53,739 nt of DNA, filler included, from Asterionella formosa (GCA_002256025.1; 4 parts of 4 records of this genome joined end to end with filler, not necessarily neighbours in it), one strand, 5' to 3'; positions 12,481 to 23,579 are shown, numbered from the whole stretch's first letter. Program-made: numbers and translations. The notes: generated from the sequence alone by a model not told the origin.

Positions 12481-13247
12481 TTTCTGTGTATCAGCCAGTA
12501 AAAAACAAAGAATCACTTCTCAAGAACTATGTGAACATCACAGTAAAAATTATCATAGAAACCAAACTTGCTGGGATTGAAGGGTTCTGATTGACCTGAT
12601 CTGGGTGTTTCAACTGCAAATGATTGATAGCATAAGACATGCCTTGATTCCATTACTGTTAGGCTGGAACACTTCCATTTGCTTTGAATTGACATAATTG
12701 AAAACAATAATAGTAGCACAAATACCAAACTTCTGGGATAATGAAGAATGATATGTTTGGCGCTGATGGTGAGGTATCAACTTGACAGTTGTTATAATGC
12801 ATATCAGTGGGTGAGTATTTTATTCCTCTACCACACTTAGTATATTTGACAGTGCCTGCTGGTAGGATTCACTATCTCCCTCTATCTCCATTTGTGCTGA
12901 ACGAAGAAGGGAGCGAGCACTGACTTCGAAATTTTTAGCCAAACAAAGGTTAAAACCAAGATTTACAACGAACTGGCCATCCATTTCATCATTGCCATCA
13001 TGGTCTCTTTTGAGGTTAATAAGCGAGTAATCGACGATTGATAGACTCACATCTAAGCCGCGTATTACGTGAAGTGACCATCACATAAATAAGCCTAGTT
13101 GATTTTGAATGCATCACATGAATTAGTTGAATACATCAAAATACGTAGTTGAATATATCTATATATTATCTGAATACATCACGTTAAATATTTGATCAAA
13201 GTATCATGCATGCATTCCTGATCATCACTATATTATGTGATCACGTT

Positions 13248-13372
13248 CACATAATTATTTGAAATACTTCACATAATTATTTGAAATACTTCACATAATT
13301 ATTTGAAATACTTCACATAATTATTTGAAATACTTCACATAATTATTTGAAAATACTTCACATAATTATTTG
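13248..13372. repeat. 22-bp tandem minisatellite (CACATAATTATTTGAAATACTT)n running into an assembly gap
   Basis: About 5.5 near-identical units, truncated by Ns. Confidence 0.95.
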
Positions 13373-13472
13373 NNNNNNNNNNNNNNNNNNNNNNNNNNNN
13401 NNNNNNNNNNNNNNNNTTAATTAATTAANNNNNNNNNNNNNNNNNNNNNNNNNNNNNNNNNNNNNNNNNNNN
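13373..13472. other. assembly gap spacer N44-TTAATTAATTAA-N44
   Basis: Identical 100-nt structure at three positions; artificial six-frame-stop linker. Confidence 0.97.
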
Positions 13473-13990
13473 CCTTTCCTTCTATTTCTATATTGTACTT
13501 GCTCGACTTATTGCTGTAGACTATTTGTAGCTGCTCCGAAACGGAGAAGGCCATTGCGGCACATCTCAATTTTGACTCACTACGGCGACATGCAAGGTTA
13601 AAATATGCAACAGCTGTTTCTGAACGAAATAACGGATTCAATTCCTTATTGTCAGCTACTCATCATCCTTTCCTTCTTTTTCTATATTGTACTTGCTAGA
13701 GTTATCGCTGTAGACTATTTGTAGCTGCTCCGAAACGGAGAAGGCCATTGCGGCACATCTCAATTTTGACTCACTACGGCGACATCCAAGGTTGAAATAT
13801 GCAACAGCTGTTTCTTAACGAAATAACGGATTCAATTCCTTATTGTGAGCTACTCAGCATCCTTTCCTTCTTTTTCTATATTGTACTTGCTCGACTTATT
13901 GCTGCAGACTATTTGTAGCTGCTCCGAAACGGAGAAGGCCATTGCGGCGCATCTCAATTTTGACTCACTAGCTACGGCGACATGCAATGC
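13473..13990. repeat. ~195-bp tandem repeat, about 2.7 copies
   Basis: cctttccttct...ttgtagctgctccgaaacggagaaggccattgcggc recurs at ~13473, ~13668 and ~13861. Confidence 0.92.
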
Positions 13991-14404
13991 TAAACGATGC
14001 TCAACGAGGACCAACAGTGCTTTATTTCCAATCTGGCAGGCTATTGTAATCTCTACAATCAACAATGACTTAATTATGTGTCTACAACATCAACTACTAC
14101 TACTACGTGTGCTGAATTCTACAGTGTGAATCTTCCTCTTGCATGTGTTTTTCTTTGCCAGTTCAGATCAAAGTGATATGTCGGAGCGGAAAAAATAATA
14201 AGTGTATCAGAATTGGCGACTCTTTCGTTCATTATATGGTGAAAGCAGCATAATATTGCGGCAGAGCAGCATAATTTCGCTTTTAAACTGTTGCGATGGC
14301 TAGTTGGTCAACATATATTGTCACGAACACACATAATTATTGGTGTGATCACATAATTATTCGATAAGTGAAATAAATTTTTGTTTAACCCGAATAAATT
14401 AGGG

Positions 14405-14482
14405 AAAAAGTAGCATAATATTTCAAAAAAGTAACATAATATTTTAGAAAAGTAACATAATATTTTAAAAAAGTAGCATAAA
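14405..14482. repeat. ~21-bp AT-rich tandem repeat (AAAAGTARCATAATATTTT), possibly a TE subterminal repeat
   Basis: Four imperfect units; related GCATAAT motifs at 14246-14277. Confidence 0.8.
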
Positions 14483-15839
14483 TACGTCACTTTACACATA
14501 AATTCGAAAAAGTGCCGTAAACGGCGTCTTAGATGTATGGAAATATAATTAAAATATGTATTGTTTCTTTTAGCTTCCTTCATTTAAATTTCTTGGTAGG
14601 AGAATGTACCAGTGAAAGTTATGTGGTTTGGCTCATCATCCTCTCCAGTCCTCACTCTGATTCTTGCAACAACGACAAAGCAGCCATGTCGAGAGGAACG
14701 AATGTTTGTGATAAAATCTTCATTTGTCGTTCAAGTCATCATATGTCTTTGATGAATCATCATCTACATTGTACAGTATGTTCGTACTATGCAGTCCATT
14801 AAGAGCTTGAAAAGAAATCCAATGAAAACAAAATGGTTCATCACACAATTTATTTCCGGTCTGTCACCAGAGCATCAATCAGTGTTACAACCTCAATCAT
14901 AGCTAAACAACATCCATTATAGAACAGTACAATCTACTTCTCCATAACGTCGTCTCTCTAACAAGAACGTAATACATCTACAATTGAAACGCAGCATAGC
15001 AGGCGATATGCACAAAGAAGCATGAGACTGTCTATTTATAGTAACAGAATGATTCTGGTTTCGTAATTTTCATGTCTCATTAGATTTTCTTTGTCATCGT
15101 TCTAGTTCCTTACCTTTGAAGACAGGAGCGTAGCTATTCTTTGATGTATCTGGAATATTTCAATGGATGGCAGCAGTTGGTATTAGGGTATCAGACATAA
15201 ACCTCGACAAAAGCACTAGTAGCTTGTAGATGTTCATGAAAAGCGAGACACTTTGCTTGGCTTATCGCCCACCAGCCAGTCTATACTGCAAAAATGCAAG
15301 AAGCACAAGTTGAATGCCCATTTATGGATTCAAGTTCAGTAGTGCGACAATGTAACATATTAGAAACCGGAAGTCACATTTCATCTCATTACGGTTTTCA
15401 TTAGCTTTACTAGTATTGATTGAGAGGAAGCAATGGTAGAATGGCTGCCAAACGGGCGGGGGCAAACACAGAGAATCCTAATAATTTTTCTTCCGAATGA
15501 TTGCAGACCCTTTTTGAATGTCACTTGCTACAGAAAATGTAGAACAGCCGCCAGTCCATGATCTGTTGATTGTTGCTTTAATTAAATCAGCCACTGACTT
15601 GTAGGTACAAGAATTGACACAAAAGAAATTGAAAAAACTCAACAGGTTGTGGAAAACTATGAACTCATCATGCATTGTATATATTTGAACTATGTATAAT
15701 CAAAATTGATATTAGTATACACAGGATGTGCTGTATAATGAGCGGTTTAAAGCTATGCAAATGTTCAACTGTGTATACATTTAAACTTCTTACAAATCTT
15801 AATATATATGTATTCATGGCTGAAACATTTGAAATCATG

Positions 15840-16132
15840 TTTTCATGTTCCTTGTCATGCATACACTTTGCTCCTGAATTGAAGGATTACCACAGATGAT
15901 GACGCAGAAAACGAAAGTGATAATAAAGCACAATGAGCGATACTTGCGGCTTAGAAGAGAAGGGCGGAATCAATTGATGGTAAGTCAAGAGCGAATGCCT
16001 TTCATGTTCCTTGTCATGCTGCATCCACTTCCTCAAATGAAGGATCTCAAGCAACACATGATGCGAAAAACTGAAGTGACAATACAGCACAATAAGAATG
16101 AGTGAATATGATGGAGAAGGGCGGAATCAACA
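15840..16132. repeat. diverged ~160-bp tandem duplication
   Basis: ttcatgttccttgtcatgc...agaagggcggaatcaa occurs twice (starting ~15842 and ~16001). Confidence 0.8.
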
Positions 16133-17069
16133 AGCTGTGCATAGTATCACGGTTTGTCAAGAGCATATGCCAAGATGATCAATTGTTGAGATTACAATTA
16201 CGGAATGACTCGTCCCCTTTCAGTGATTCAATAGCTCCTTTTCGATTTGATGGCTGGCCAACCATCAATGTTAACAAAAGAAATCGGTAAGTGCTGCATA
16301 TCAGCCATCTTTGGATCAATCCACAACTGTTAGAAAAACTGACACATATGTGTTGCTTCTTTCAGGATAATGGTAGACAAACAGTATTTGTAAGTTCCAA
16401 AGAGCAGTGTTGGAGCCCATTTATTGATCGATAATTTGCTTCTCATTCAATCTTTGACTGACACATTCTTCTACAGAAATATGCATCAGTTACTTCCTCA
16501 ATTTTTGGTAAGTGAAGCAAGATAGAAGCGAAATGAATGTTGTTGTGTAAGCAAAACATGAACAGCTAACAATGAATTGCTTCTCTTTGTTAGATGGTTG
16601 ATTGGAACAACGAAACGGATTAAATAGTACTAATAGGAAAATGCGTGAATGCAAACTCAGATCCGTCAGGAGTAAATGGAACAAAGCAAGCAGGGGAACA
16701 ACGGCAAGGCAACCAGTACAACAACCTTCAGAATTGGATTGGGGGAGGGGGAGGTGGAAGTGAAAGCGGCACCAACAATCATTGCGATGAGAGCATTGTA
16801 GAACATTCTGTAGCCACTTAAGATATGATAGAATCATAGAACCATTCTTAGCTAAATATAGTTCTAAATATCGATCAATTTCATCCTATTTTAGACAGTG
16901 ATATCGATGAGAATTACGATGATGCTAAGATAGATGTATGACAAAAGTATACACATCATATGACCATGTTTAACTAATTATATGATGCAATGGTATTATA
17001 ACTATGATAGTCTCATCATACTTCAAGCTTTGTAAAAGGTTACTGCATGGCTGATCATAATTATATGAT

Positions 17070-17176
17070 ACATTGATCATATTTTTGATCGACAAACTAT
17101 CATATATGTGAAAATCCTGTGCCACTTAGCGTACAATACCCTTGATCATATTTTCATGACATTTTTTTTTACAGAC
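17070..17176 (-). mobile_element. terminus of an unclassified DNA transposon (homologous to 36316-36425)
   Basis: Reverse complement reads gtctgtaaaaaa...gatcaagggtattgtacgctaagtggcacaggattttca...gatcaaaaatatgatcaa, matching 36316-36425; TGATCA-rich subterminal repeats. Confidence 0.7.
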
Positions 17177-17179
17177 GCA

Positions 17180-18208
17180 AGTAACCTGACAACACCACTT
17201 AGTGCAAATTTTTGTATACAAATTTGCGACTGACACACTTGTTTCATTGATGCATCACACGACTGCCTTCAGGGATGCAAAGACAATCTTTTGCTAACAA
17301 TTGTTACCAGTCCCGCTTGGTTTCTTTCTATGTATCATATTTTTACCTTTAACTAGTTTTATAAAGACAATCTTGTATTGAGCAATTCGATTGGTCTATG
17401 TTGATGTATTTTTACAATTCAAACTCTTGCTGGCACACATCGGGCATGGAGCTAATTACAGTTACCATCAAATCTTCCTTGGACAAAGTCTTTTGATCAT
17501 CTGGATGATACACGAGCTTGAGGAGTCTATTCCTGGTCTTGAGACAGTATACGAAGTCCATGAAAAATGCTGAATGGTTTTGTCAAGTATCAAAGCATCC
17601 ACTGATGCTGACACTGAAAGCTATCCTGAATAAGGCAGTCTTCTGTCCATATCACCATGGCGTCATCAAAACTTTTATAGGGCTTATTATCTGGGAGTAC
17701 TTCAACGTTCTTCCATTCAGAAAAGGCGATTTATGTAAGGCACCTTTTGAGTAGAAGAGGGTTTTTCTTGCTGGAGGTTAGGCATGGAATTAACTCACAG
17801 TAACCAACAAAGCTTCAACTGAGCTTCCGTGAATCTCATCTTGGCTGGTTGAAAGACTCAAGACTTTCGAACTGGTACGAATGCATAAAAGGTGCTATTC
17901 TTGATGTTTAGTAGGTTGAAATCCTTGATCAATGGGACCACTGGGACCTGAGAATACATCAACATTGTTAATTCTAATTTGATTCTTTTTGAAATCAAAG
18001 TGAAATATCTCACTAGAAGTGGTAGCATTTTTTGAATAAAAGAGCTTATTACTTCATCCTAGTGTGCAACTCATTCTCCTACTAGGCTGACACTTAAGTA
18101 TTCAATAGGTGTTAGTAGTTGAGTTTTCTCTTGGTAGAGTTCTGATATTATCTATGAAACACTAACCCTATAGGTGTACCGGTATGTGTAGTTGACCGCA
18201 ATCGCTCA
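17180..18208 (-). mobile_element. Gypsy-family LTR plus 5' internal region (copy of the 47984 family)
   Basis: Begins TGAGCGAT at 18208 (minus strand); shares cctatagggttag, agaactcta and attagaattaacaatgttgatgt blocks and the downstream internal repeats with 47984-48780. Confidence 0.75.
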
Positions 18209-18243
18209 CCTGGTTTGTCTACATAGCTACTGGTAGCCAGGTA

Positions 18244-19876
18244 CCAGAAAAGAACTGCTGTGACCCACTGAGTTCTCCTATTCGTTTGATTAGTTCGACT
18301 AAACCTTTTCCATGCCTTGCGAGAATCAAACTTCCAGGTCTTGTTAACCAAAGGATTCAGCAGGTTGTGGATATGTCGGTATTCTCATTGAAGGTCGAGG
18401 TACTGAGATACGATCCCTTTTATGTTGACAAAATTTGCCGGTAATGGGTCACAGCTGTACTTAAATTTTTATCTATAATTGTATATAATTGTATATACCA
18501 TTATGATCACGGATTACCCCGTTTGGTTTTCGCAAAATTATTTTGAAGAATTTTCGCATCCAGTATTTATATCACAATCACACACAAATGCATTCAGCCA
18601 CATTAAATGCTTGCGCTTATCAACACCACTGCAATGTCGCCCTCATCCCTAGTACTAAGCTCCTGCCCTCCCACAAGCACAACATCAAGAGGCCGAATTG
18701 GATATGGAGAATCCTTTTCTCCACGGCAACAAGTCTCCAAGTATCTTGCCAACAAGTTCTGTTTGGTTATTGGAAGCGGCGCATCGCCGTTGCGCCTGTA
18801 CCATGTCACCATTGTTTTCAGTTCAGCTAGTACTACGTTGTAGCTTCTAGCTTCTTTCCAGTCTCTCTGATGGCCTGTGCCTTCTGTGACAATTAAAAAA
18901 ACCGTTGACTCAATTTCTGCTCCTTGTTTTGTTCCTGGATTTCATGCCACCAGCGTTTGATTTCCAGCATATGCTCAAAAAGCGGTGGTCCTAGACAAGT
19001 GTTTCCAACAGCAAAGTGCAGTCCTGCGGTCATTCGTTTGTGTTTGTCGATTGCTGCTTGTGCTGTTTGCTTTCTTTTCCTGGCATGATGTTCTGCTGAA
19101 TCATTACCATTTCGCACATCTTCTCACTTTATGTATTCAACGATTTGATTTGTAAGAGTTCCTGAAAGTCCTTCTCGCAGGTCGAGCTGGTCAGGTGTAA
19201 TAGAGTTGCTGCCTGTTACTGTGTGAGATTCTATTCAATGGGACAACACACACCAAATTTCGTCAGCTGCATTTCAGGATTCAACAAACAATTATAGTTC
19301 AAAGGTCCCCAGCCTCGCTCTGCTACCGCTTTTTTGTTTGTGCGTAATCTCGCAAAACCTTTCTCCCAAGAAGTGAATTTGCAAGTTGCAGTCCCTCTCG
19401 GCATGTGATGGGCGACTCTTGGCATGTGATGGGCGAACGCATTTTACTCAACTGATCAATGAGCTCCACAATGTAAGGTTCCACTTCACGCATAGGTGAG
19501 AGGCGTTCTGTGTTTGTTCCTTGATTGTTTTTTCTTTTTGCACATGTTCTAACTGTTTCGAAATTAATATTGACAGTAGGAGGAATACCAAGCGCCTCCT
19601 TTTCTCTCAGTATTATACAGGTAAGTGTATTTCTCTTTACTCGTGATTCTCCTCCTCCTCCTTTTTCTTTTTCCTCTTCTCTCACCCCTCATATATTCTG
19701 CTGCCGAATTGGAAATACATTCTTTCACTTTTTCTTTGGATGATCACCATAGGGCAGGGTTGTAGTGGCAGAAATGGTGCTGCTGCATTTGGTAGGGTCA
19801 AACCGTGTTTTTCTCCTGTTCAGTGGGTCACAGCGGTTCCAATTTTTTTTAGTGGGTCGCAGCAGTTTTTTACTGG
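18244..19876 (-). mobile_element. pogo/Tc1-like DNA transposon, internally deleted, with TA-flanked CCAG...CTGG TIRs
   Basis: TA|CCAGAAAAGAACTGCTGTGACCCACT (18244) and AGTGGGTCGCAGCAGTTTTTTACTGG|TA (19876) are imperfect inverted repeats; fragments EVEPYIVELIDQLSKMRSPITC..EGLQLANSL (CENP-B-like HTH) and KAVAERGWGPLNYNCLLNPE; DDE core deleted. Confidence 0.75.
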
Positions 19877-19912
19877 TACCAGGGTGCCTACTGTACATAC
19901 GGGATGACAGTA

Positions 19913-21156
19913 CCTGCAAGTTGCGGTAATTTTGCTGAAACTAAAAGTTAAGCTATCTTTATCCGATATTAAGGTAATATCGCTAGGGTTGTAGAAAAAG
20001 CGTGGAACAGGGAGCTTCCTACTATGAATTCTCATGATTCGAGTGTCCATTTGAATATTTGAATTAAATAGGAATCGGGGCCAGATTGATAGAGTTCCAT
20101 TTTAAAAAAATTATAAAATTTAAACGTTTAGACTTTTTCTACATTACTGAATTTAGGCATAATTTTGCTCAATGGCAAAACACATGCATATATAAATTAG
20201 GAGCATGCCATAATGTATGCTCATGGCTCTTGTTTATACGTTCATAATGAATCTGTGTCGCTGAATGTAGTTTCAATATCACTCCACGCACAAAGGTATA
20301 TACCGGTATGAAAATCAGTGCCGGAGTCCCAGAGTAACGGTATTTCGGTACTCGGAGCACCAGGTAGTAAATAATATTGGTCCATCATGATGGAGGACAG
20401 GATGTACTACCGATAGCAGTGTACCAGTACTGATTTTACCAACCATTTTTTAGCACATCTAATATGTGTGGCTCAAGTGTGGCTGGCGAGATTTTACAAG
20501 ACCGGGATACTTCAGCGAATCTGGAGCAGGTGAATAAATTCAATTCAACCAATCAGAATATGTGTAGGGACGCGGGAACTTACCCTGGAGTCTTTTCGGA
20601 CTGAGAATTATTCAGTGAAACATACCCACGCAAGACTCCAAGTATACGAGAACGTTTTTGCACATACAAATTCTGATTCCAATATTTTGGCACCTGTTGA
20701 AAAAGCCGATCGGGTCGACTTTTTGAAGGATGATTGCTCTACATCTACGGGGTTTCATGAAGAATGAAATAGATAGCCGTGCACCCTATAACGTCAGGAT
20801 TTAACTTCTGCAGAGAAGTGGCAGTTATCCCTCGTAGATTTTTTCAAAAGCTTGATGGCCCCCTTTTTTGACTATTTTTTGGATAGTTCCGATTCTAAGA
20901 GGGATAACTGCCACTTCTCTCTAGAAATGAGATCCTTACCATATCTTTTTATAGATCATACCCCTAAGTCGACCCATGACTGTATCTAAGCATAAGCAAA
21001 GTGGTCGTATTGGTGAAAGCTAATTTTACCTTTAACTATTTTACTTCGTTGCTCGTGCTGTGTGGATTGAAGTACATAATATAATTATTTTGGAAAAAAA
21101 CAGACCTCGTGTTACCTACCGGTAGTTTAATTAGCAAAATTACCGCAACTTCCTGG
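19913..21156. mobile_element. non-autonomous TIR element, TA-flanked, CCWG termini
   Basis: TA|CCTGCAAGTTGCGGTAATTTTGCT at 19913 and AGCAAAATTACCGCAACTTCCTGG|TA ending at 21156; no coding capacity; a related TIR lies at 5459-5481. Confidence 0.7.
20796..20936. repeat. long imperfect inverted repeat (arms ~45 bp, 22-bp perfect core)
   Basis: agagaagtggcagttatccctc ... gagggataactgccacttctct. Confidence 0.9.
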
Positions 21157-21490
21157 TACCAGGTACCAGGGTACCTGGTGCCTACCTGATCGAGTATCGA
21201 TGTACCAGGTACCAGGTATGTAGGAGAAATTGTACTCTATCTTAGGTGCTGGAAGACCGGGTCGTACCTGGTACCTGGTACGAGGTACCCTGGTACCTTC
21301 AAGATTCTTGATATTTACAACCAGGTACCAGGGTTACAGGTACCGGTAGCTGGTTCCAGGTACCTGGTACCAGGTACCAGGTACCATCGTGAGCAACACC
21401 TTCAGCAAGTGTACCGGTACCTGGTGCTGGTACATTTTACCGGTACCAGGGTACCCTGGTACCAGGTCGACTACCGGTACTCTACCAGGA
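21113..21490. repeat. largest (GGTACCW)n / TACCGG array, upstream of the HIBCH-like gene
   Basis: Dense tandem and inverted ggtaccag/ggtacctg units, e.g. ccaggtacctggtaccaggtaccaggtacc; ends ~120 bp before ATG 21611. Confidence 0.92.
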
Positions 21491-21610
21491 TAGCAACATT
21501 CATTACTTGACCCTCTCTCTAACATAATCATATGCCTCGTCCCTAAAGGTTGAGCTCCTCCTTGTTCTCGCCAGGGCCCCCGCATTCGCTTTTACGCTCT
21601 CATTTTCATC

Positions 21611-23176
21611 ATGCACCGCGTCCTGATAGGGCTGACTCCCCACAGACGCCTGCTGTCGACACAAGCACCATCGTCATCAAATACGCTGTCGACAATGCTC
21701 GCCGAGAGAAAGCTCGTAGAGCCAACTCCAAAATCCGTCTATAGAATTCCCTGTGGAAGCCAACCGGTGGGAAATGCGTCGGCTGTCATACGCGATATTG
21801 GATGTTCTCGACGAGTTTTTCTTTTGGATCCTGCGCTAGATTCAGAAGAGCTGGAAGGTCTTGCTCATCGCATCAAGATCTTGACCAAAAACTCTGGAAT
21901 CAACAGTGTCCTCATTGCCAACGACGATTCAGACGATAGGGCCTCCAATTGCATGCCGGCACACATTAGCGATAAAGAAAATGATGATTTTTTAGCAGAG
22001 ATGATGGGAATCAGGGACTTCCACCAGAAAACAAAGCACGTCAGTCAAGGGTACGATCCTCTAAAGGTATTCACAACTGGAATGTACCGAGACAAACCTG
22101 CACTTCACGAGTTGTTAGAGGGACTTACAAAGCTTGCTAGGGCTTGTAGAGGAGAGGATCAACGCACCAAGGTGCCCGTAGTGACTGTGCCTCATGGAAG
22201 AATCACTGATGGAGGATACGCCATTTGTCTGGCATCCTATGTGTTGGCCACGGACGAAACGTCGTTTAGCATTTTGAACCCTTCTCGTGGACTCGCATTG
22301 GACCCTATTGGCCTTTCCCACATTCTGCCTCGACTTGGTTGGGATTTTCAACAACACACTGCCAGATACCCTGGATGTGGTATCCTCTTGGCGTGCTCGG
22401 GCATGGAAGCCAACTGCCACGACATGCTATATACTGGTCTCGCCACAAACTATATGAACTCCATTCGCCGACTTGGACCACTGGAGTGTGTTATTGCAAG
22501 TATATATCCATGGAATCAACAAGCACTGTTCAAGCCGGAGAAACTGATATACGGCCAAGATCCGCTTCCTTTTGATGAAAACGAGCCTGCTCGTAATTGT
22601 CAAATCGCGAATGCAGTTGAAGCTGCATCGACATACTCGGTTTTTTGCACCATTTTGGACGATAGCGAGCCTCCAAATGAGGACGACCCAACGACAAATC
22701 TAGACTACTTTCCTTATCTTGGCACAGATCAACCAACTCCGTTGATTGATCGAGCCATTGTCTTTAAGGAAATCTTTCAGGAAGAAGGAACAATTCATGG
22801 TATTGTCGAACGCTTCAAAGAAGAAGCTGGCCGAACACCTTCTCAGGTGCACACAAGGGCCAATATTGAAGCAGCTGCCATGTTGGTGCAAGGTTTTCAG
22901 AGTCAATCGCCCTTGGCCCTGACTGTTGTATATGAGCTCTTGAAAATGGGAGCCCGAAATACTCAAACCCTGGATAGTTGCATTGAACGCGAAACCAGAA
23001 CTCAGATGAACATGTATGCAAAATCTGATTTTAAGAAGTGGGCAGAACACGTATTATCCAAGGGACCAACTGTACCATTCAAAGGGTGGACCCACAAAAG
23101 TCTGCAGGAGGTTCACCAGGACGAGGTGGCTGAGATCATTGATGCTTCGAAGGAGTTACCACCTCTCATGAAATAG
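21611..23176 (+). CDS. divergent 3-hydroxyisobutyryl-CoA hydrolase-like (crotonase/ECH_2 fold) mitochondrial protein
   Basis: Mitochondrial-like presequence (MHRVLIGLTPHRRLLST); HGRITDGG..VLATDETSFSILNPSRGLALDPIGLSHILPRL, GLATNY, QSPLALTV and CIERE...SDF align with the HIBCH family. Confidence 0.8.
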   Translation: MHRVLIGLTPHRRLLSTQAPSSSNTLSTMLAERKLVEPTPKSVYRIPCGSQPVGNASAVIRDIGCSRRVFLLDPALDSEELEGLAHRIKILTKNSGINSVLIANDDSDDRASNCMPAHISDKENDDFLAEMMGIRDFHQKTKHVSQGYDPLKVFTTGMYRDKPALHELLEGLTKLARACRGEDQRTKVPVVTVPHGRITDGGYAICLASYVLATDETSFSILNPSRGLALDPIGLSHILPRLGWDFQQHTARYPGCGILLACSGMEANCHDMLYTGLATNYMNSIRRLGPLECVIASIYPWNQQALFKPEKLIYGQDPLPFDENEPARNCQIANAVEAASTYSVFCTILDDSEPPNEDDPTTNLDYFPYLGTDQPTPLIDRAIVFKEIFQEEGTIHGIVERFKEEAGRTPSQVHTRANIEAAAMLVQGFQSQSPLALTVVYELLKMGARNTQTLDSCIERETRTQMNMYAKSDFKKWAEHVLSKGPTVPFKGWTHKSLQEVHQDEVAEIIDASKELPPLMK

Positions 23177-23579
23177 GCGAATTATCGATAAACAATGGTT
23201 AATAGAAGCTTTTCAACACACTATCTGTCCGCTTTATCTTCCTTGTTTAAATCGGACTGAACTCTACAGCATGTAGTATAAAGAAGTAGTAACGTGGCCT
23301 TATCGATTGGCTTCAACGGGAGTTTGCTCGTTTTACCATGATATTTTGGATATAGCTTCGAACTAGCGATGCATGACAATTCAACTAAAAGGCAACATAA
23401 TGATGTAGGGATACATCAGACGCGAGAAAATTATGCACTCCAGTTAGAATCTGATTTTCTTCGCCCGTGCAAGTCAACGCTAGTTCCCATTATGAGTAAA
23501 AAGGCGACCATCTCCGTTGTCACTAGACTGCAGTAGTAAAAAATGAATCAAACGAAAGAACAAGATCAAATCTTGGCTT

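Noticed and set aside
13417..13428. TTAATTAATTAA between N runs (also at 26882 and 40344)
   Set aside because: Artificial scaffold spacer with stops in all frames; ORF ends reading 'LIN' are artefacts.
13473..13990. 195-bp repeats as CRISPR or a coding gene
   Set aside because: Whole units are duplicated without unique spacers, and the ORFs are short and broken between copies.
21113..21490. GGTACC arrays as a CRISPR array or telomeric repeat
   Set aside because: No constant repeat-spacer periodicity, no cas genes, eukaryotic context; the arrays are near-palindromic with mixed units and lack telomeric strand asymmetry.
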